Source of the DNA: Planctomycetales bacterium
Lineage (GTDB): Bacteria; 4484-113; JAFGCY01
Assembly (NCBI GenBank): GCA_022646745.1
Contig: CP060262.1
Span: 2,520,001-2,552,000 of the forward strand
Direction of reading: 5' to 3'
DNA: 32,000 bases
The translations under genes and the position numbers were made by a program. Shown in pieces: positions 31,252 to 32,000 of the stretch. Below the pieces are notes generated by a model. The model had not been told where the DNA came from and made no database searches. It saw nothing but the letters and a program-made list of their open reading frames with translations. Within the stretch, counting starts at the first letter, position 1. Every line of letters begins with the position of its first letter.

Positions 31252-32000
31252 TGGCAGCGCAGCGTACGGGCAACGACGGACGCTTCGCCCTGCTGGCGAT
31301 CGGGGGCTTCCTGGCGATCGCTGTCTGGCTGGTGCTGCGTGAAAGCAGCACGCAGGCTCCCTACGAGCCGCCCTACAGCACGTTCTCCAGCAATGCGGCG
31401 GGCATCCGCGCGCTGTACGAACTGCTGGAGGATCGTGGCAACGATGTTTCGCGCCACACCCTGACCGAGCATGAGTACCCGAAGGGCAGCTGCGTGGTGA
31501 TCGCCGAGGAGTCGGCACTGAACCCGTTCAAGATGGTGGTCAACCCGCTGGATGTGATGGCGCTGGAACTGCACCTGCAGGATGGCGGCAGCCTGGTGGT
31601 GTTCAGCGATTCCGACCTGGCAATGGTCGACGAGCTGGACAGCCTGCTGGCCGGTGAGGATGGCAACGGTGAGGTCGGGGATGCCGAATCGCCGGCTGTT
31701 GCCAGGCGTGGCAAGGCCGGCCTGCCGGGTGGCAACGGCAACTGGCGCGGCGGGATGGCGGGGCAGGGCTACGAACTGGCCGACAGCCGGCCCCCGCTGC
31801 TGCAGGATGTCGGCAGGATCGAGACCGCATACGGCTGGAGCCAGGCCCTGCTTGCCTTCAGGCCAGTGCTGTCGCTGGAGGAGACATTCGGCAAGCGCGG
31901 CTTCGCGCCGCTGGTGTCCTATGCGCGCTACGGGAATGGCGACATCATCCTCGTCAACCGGCCGGAGATCATCACGAACAGCTGGATTGAACGCGCTGAC
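31251..32000 (+). CDS. DUF4350-like membrane protein (partial, runs off the right edge)
   Basis: Not in the supplied track because the ORF is open at the window end. The ATG at 31251 overlaps the upstream TGA by 1 nt, and the frame stays open to 32000. My translation begins MAAQRTGNDGRFALLAIGGFLAIAVWLVL...NAAGIRALYELLEDRG and ends ...GDIILVNRPEIITNSWIERAD, typical of DUF4350. Confidence 0.55.
   Translation, partial: MAAQRTGNDGRFALLAIGGFLAIAVWLVLRESSTQAPYEPPYSTFSSNAAGIRALYELLEDRGNDVSRHTLTEHEYPKGSCVVIAEESALNPFKMVVNPLDVMALELHLQDGGSLVVFSDSDLAMVDELDSLLAGEDGNGEVGDAESPAVARRGKAGLPGGNGNWRGGMAGQGYELADSRPPLLQDVGRIETAYGWSQALLAFRPVLSLEETFGKRGFAPLVSYARYGNGDIILVNRPEIITNSWIERAD

Overview
GC-rich, tightly packed bacterial chromosomal window with about 27 protein genes and one tRNA. 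All calls come from reading the six-frame translations and the DNA by eye, with no database search. Many genes are joined by 1-4 nt stop/start overlaps. Recognisable genes include argS, an SRAP (YedK-like) peptidase, an EamA transporter, a CHASE4 hybrid histidine kinase and two NitT/TauT-type ABC importers. Others are a MenA-like prenyltransferase, PiT plus a DUF47/PhoU-like partner, trmH, pcp, a TPR protein, an S33-like hydrolase and tRNA-Gln(UUG). The right end holds a multicopper oxidase, rluD, a PriA homologue and a DUF4129/DUF4350 pair. Six things look most worth a second look. (1) A translationally coupled three-gene module: an ArgRS lacking its N-terminal domain, a divergent acetyl-CoA-synthase (AcsB/CdhC)-like Fe-S protein that keeps the Cx2Cx8Cx9C cubane cysteines but lacks the Cys-Gly-Cys nickel site, and a small acidic chaperone-like protein, with no other Wood-Ljungdahl genes in view. 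(2) An 813-bp ORF-poor, repeat-rich region upstream of argS carrying seven CCTCCG (CGGAGG on the minus strand) motifs and 24-nt tandem repeats, a candidate ncRNA. (3) A five-gene operon whose ABC substrate-binding protein is membrane-anchored and fused to an OmpA-like peptidoglycan-binding domain, flanked by two uncharacterised coiled-coil proteins. (4) An ABC importer translationally coupled to a MenA-like prenyltransferase. (5) A PriA homologue with degenerate helicase motifs but intact zinc-finger cysteines. (6) A recurring TAnnnT hexamer 6-8 nt upstream of nine start codons, implying leaderless mRNAs. The taxon cannot be assigned from the window. Points 5 and 6 are reminiscent of Deinococcus-type genomes, but that is inference only.
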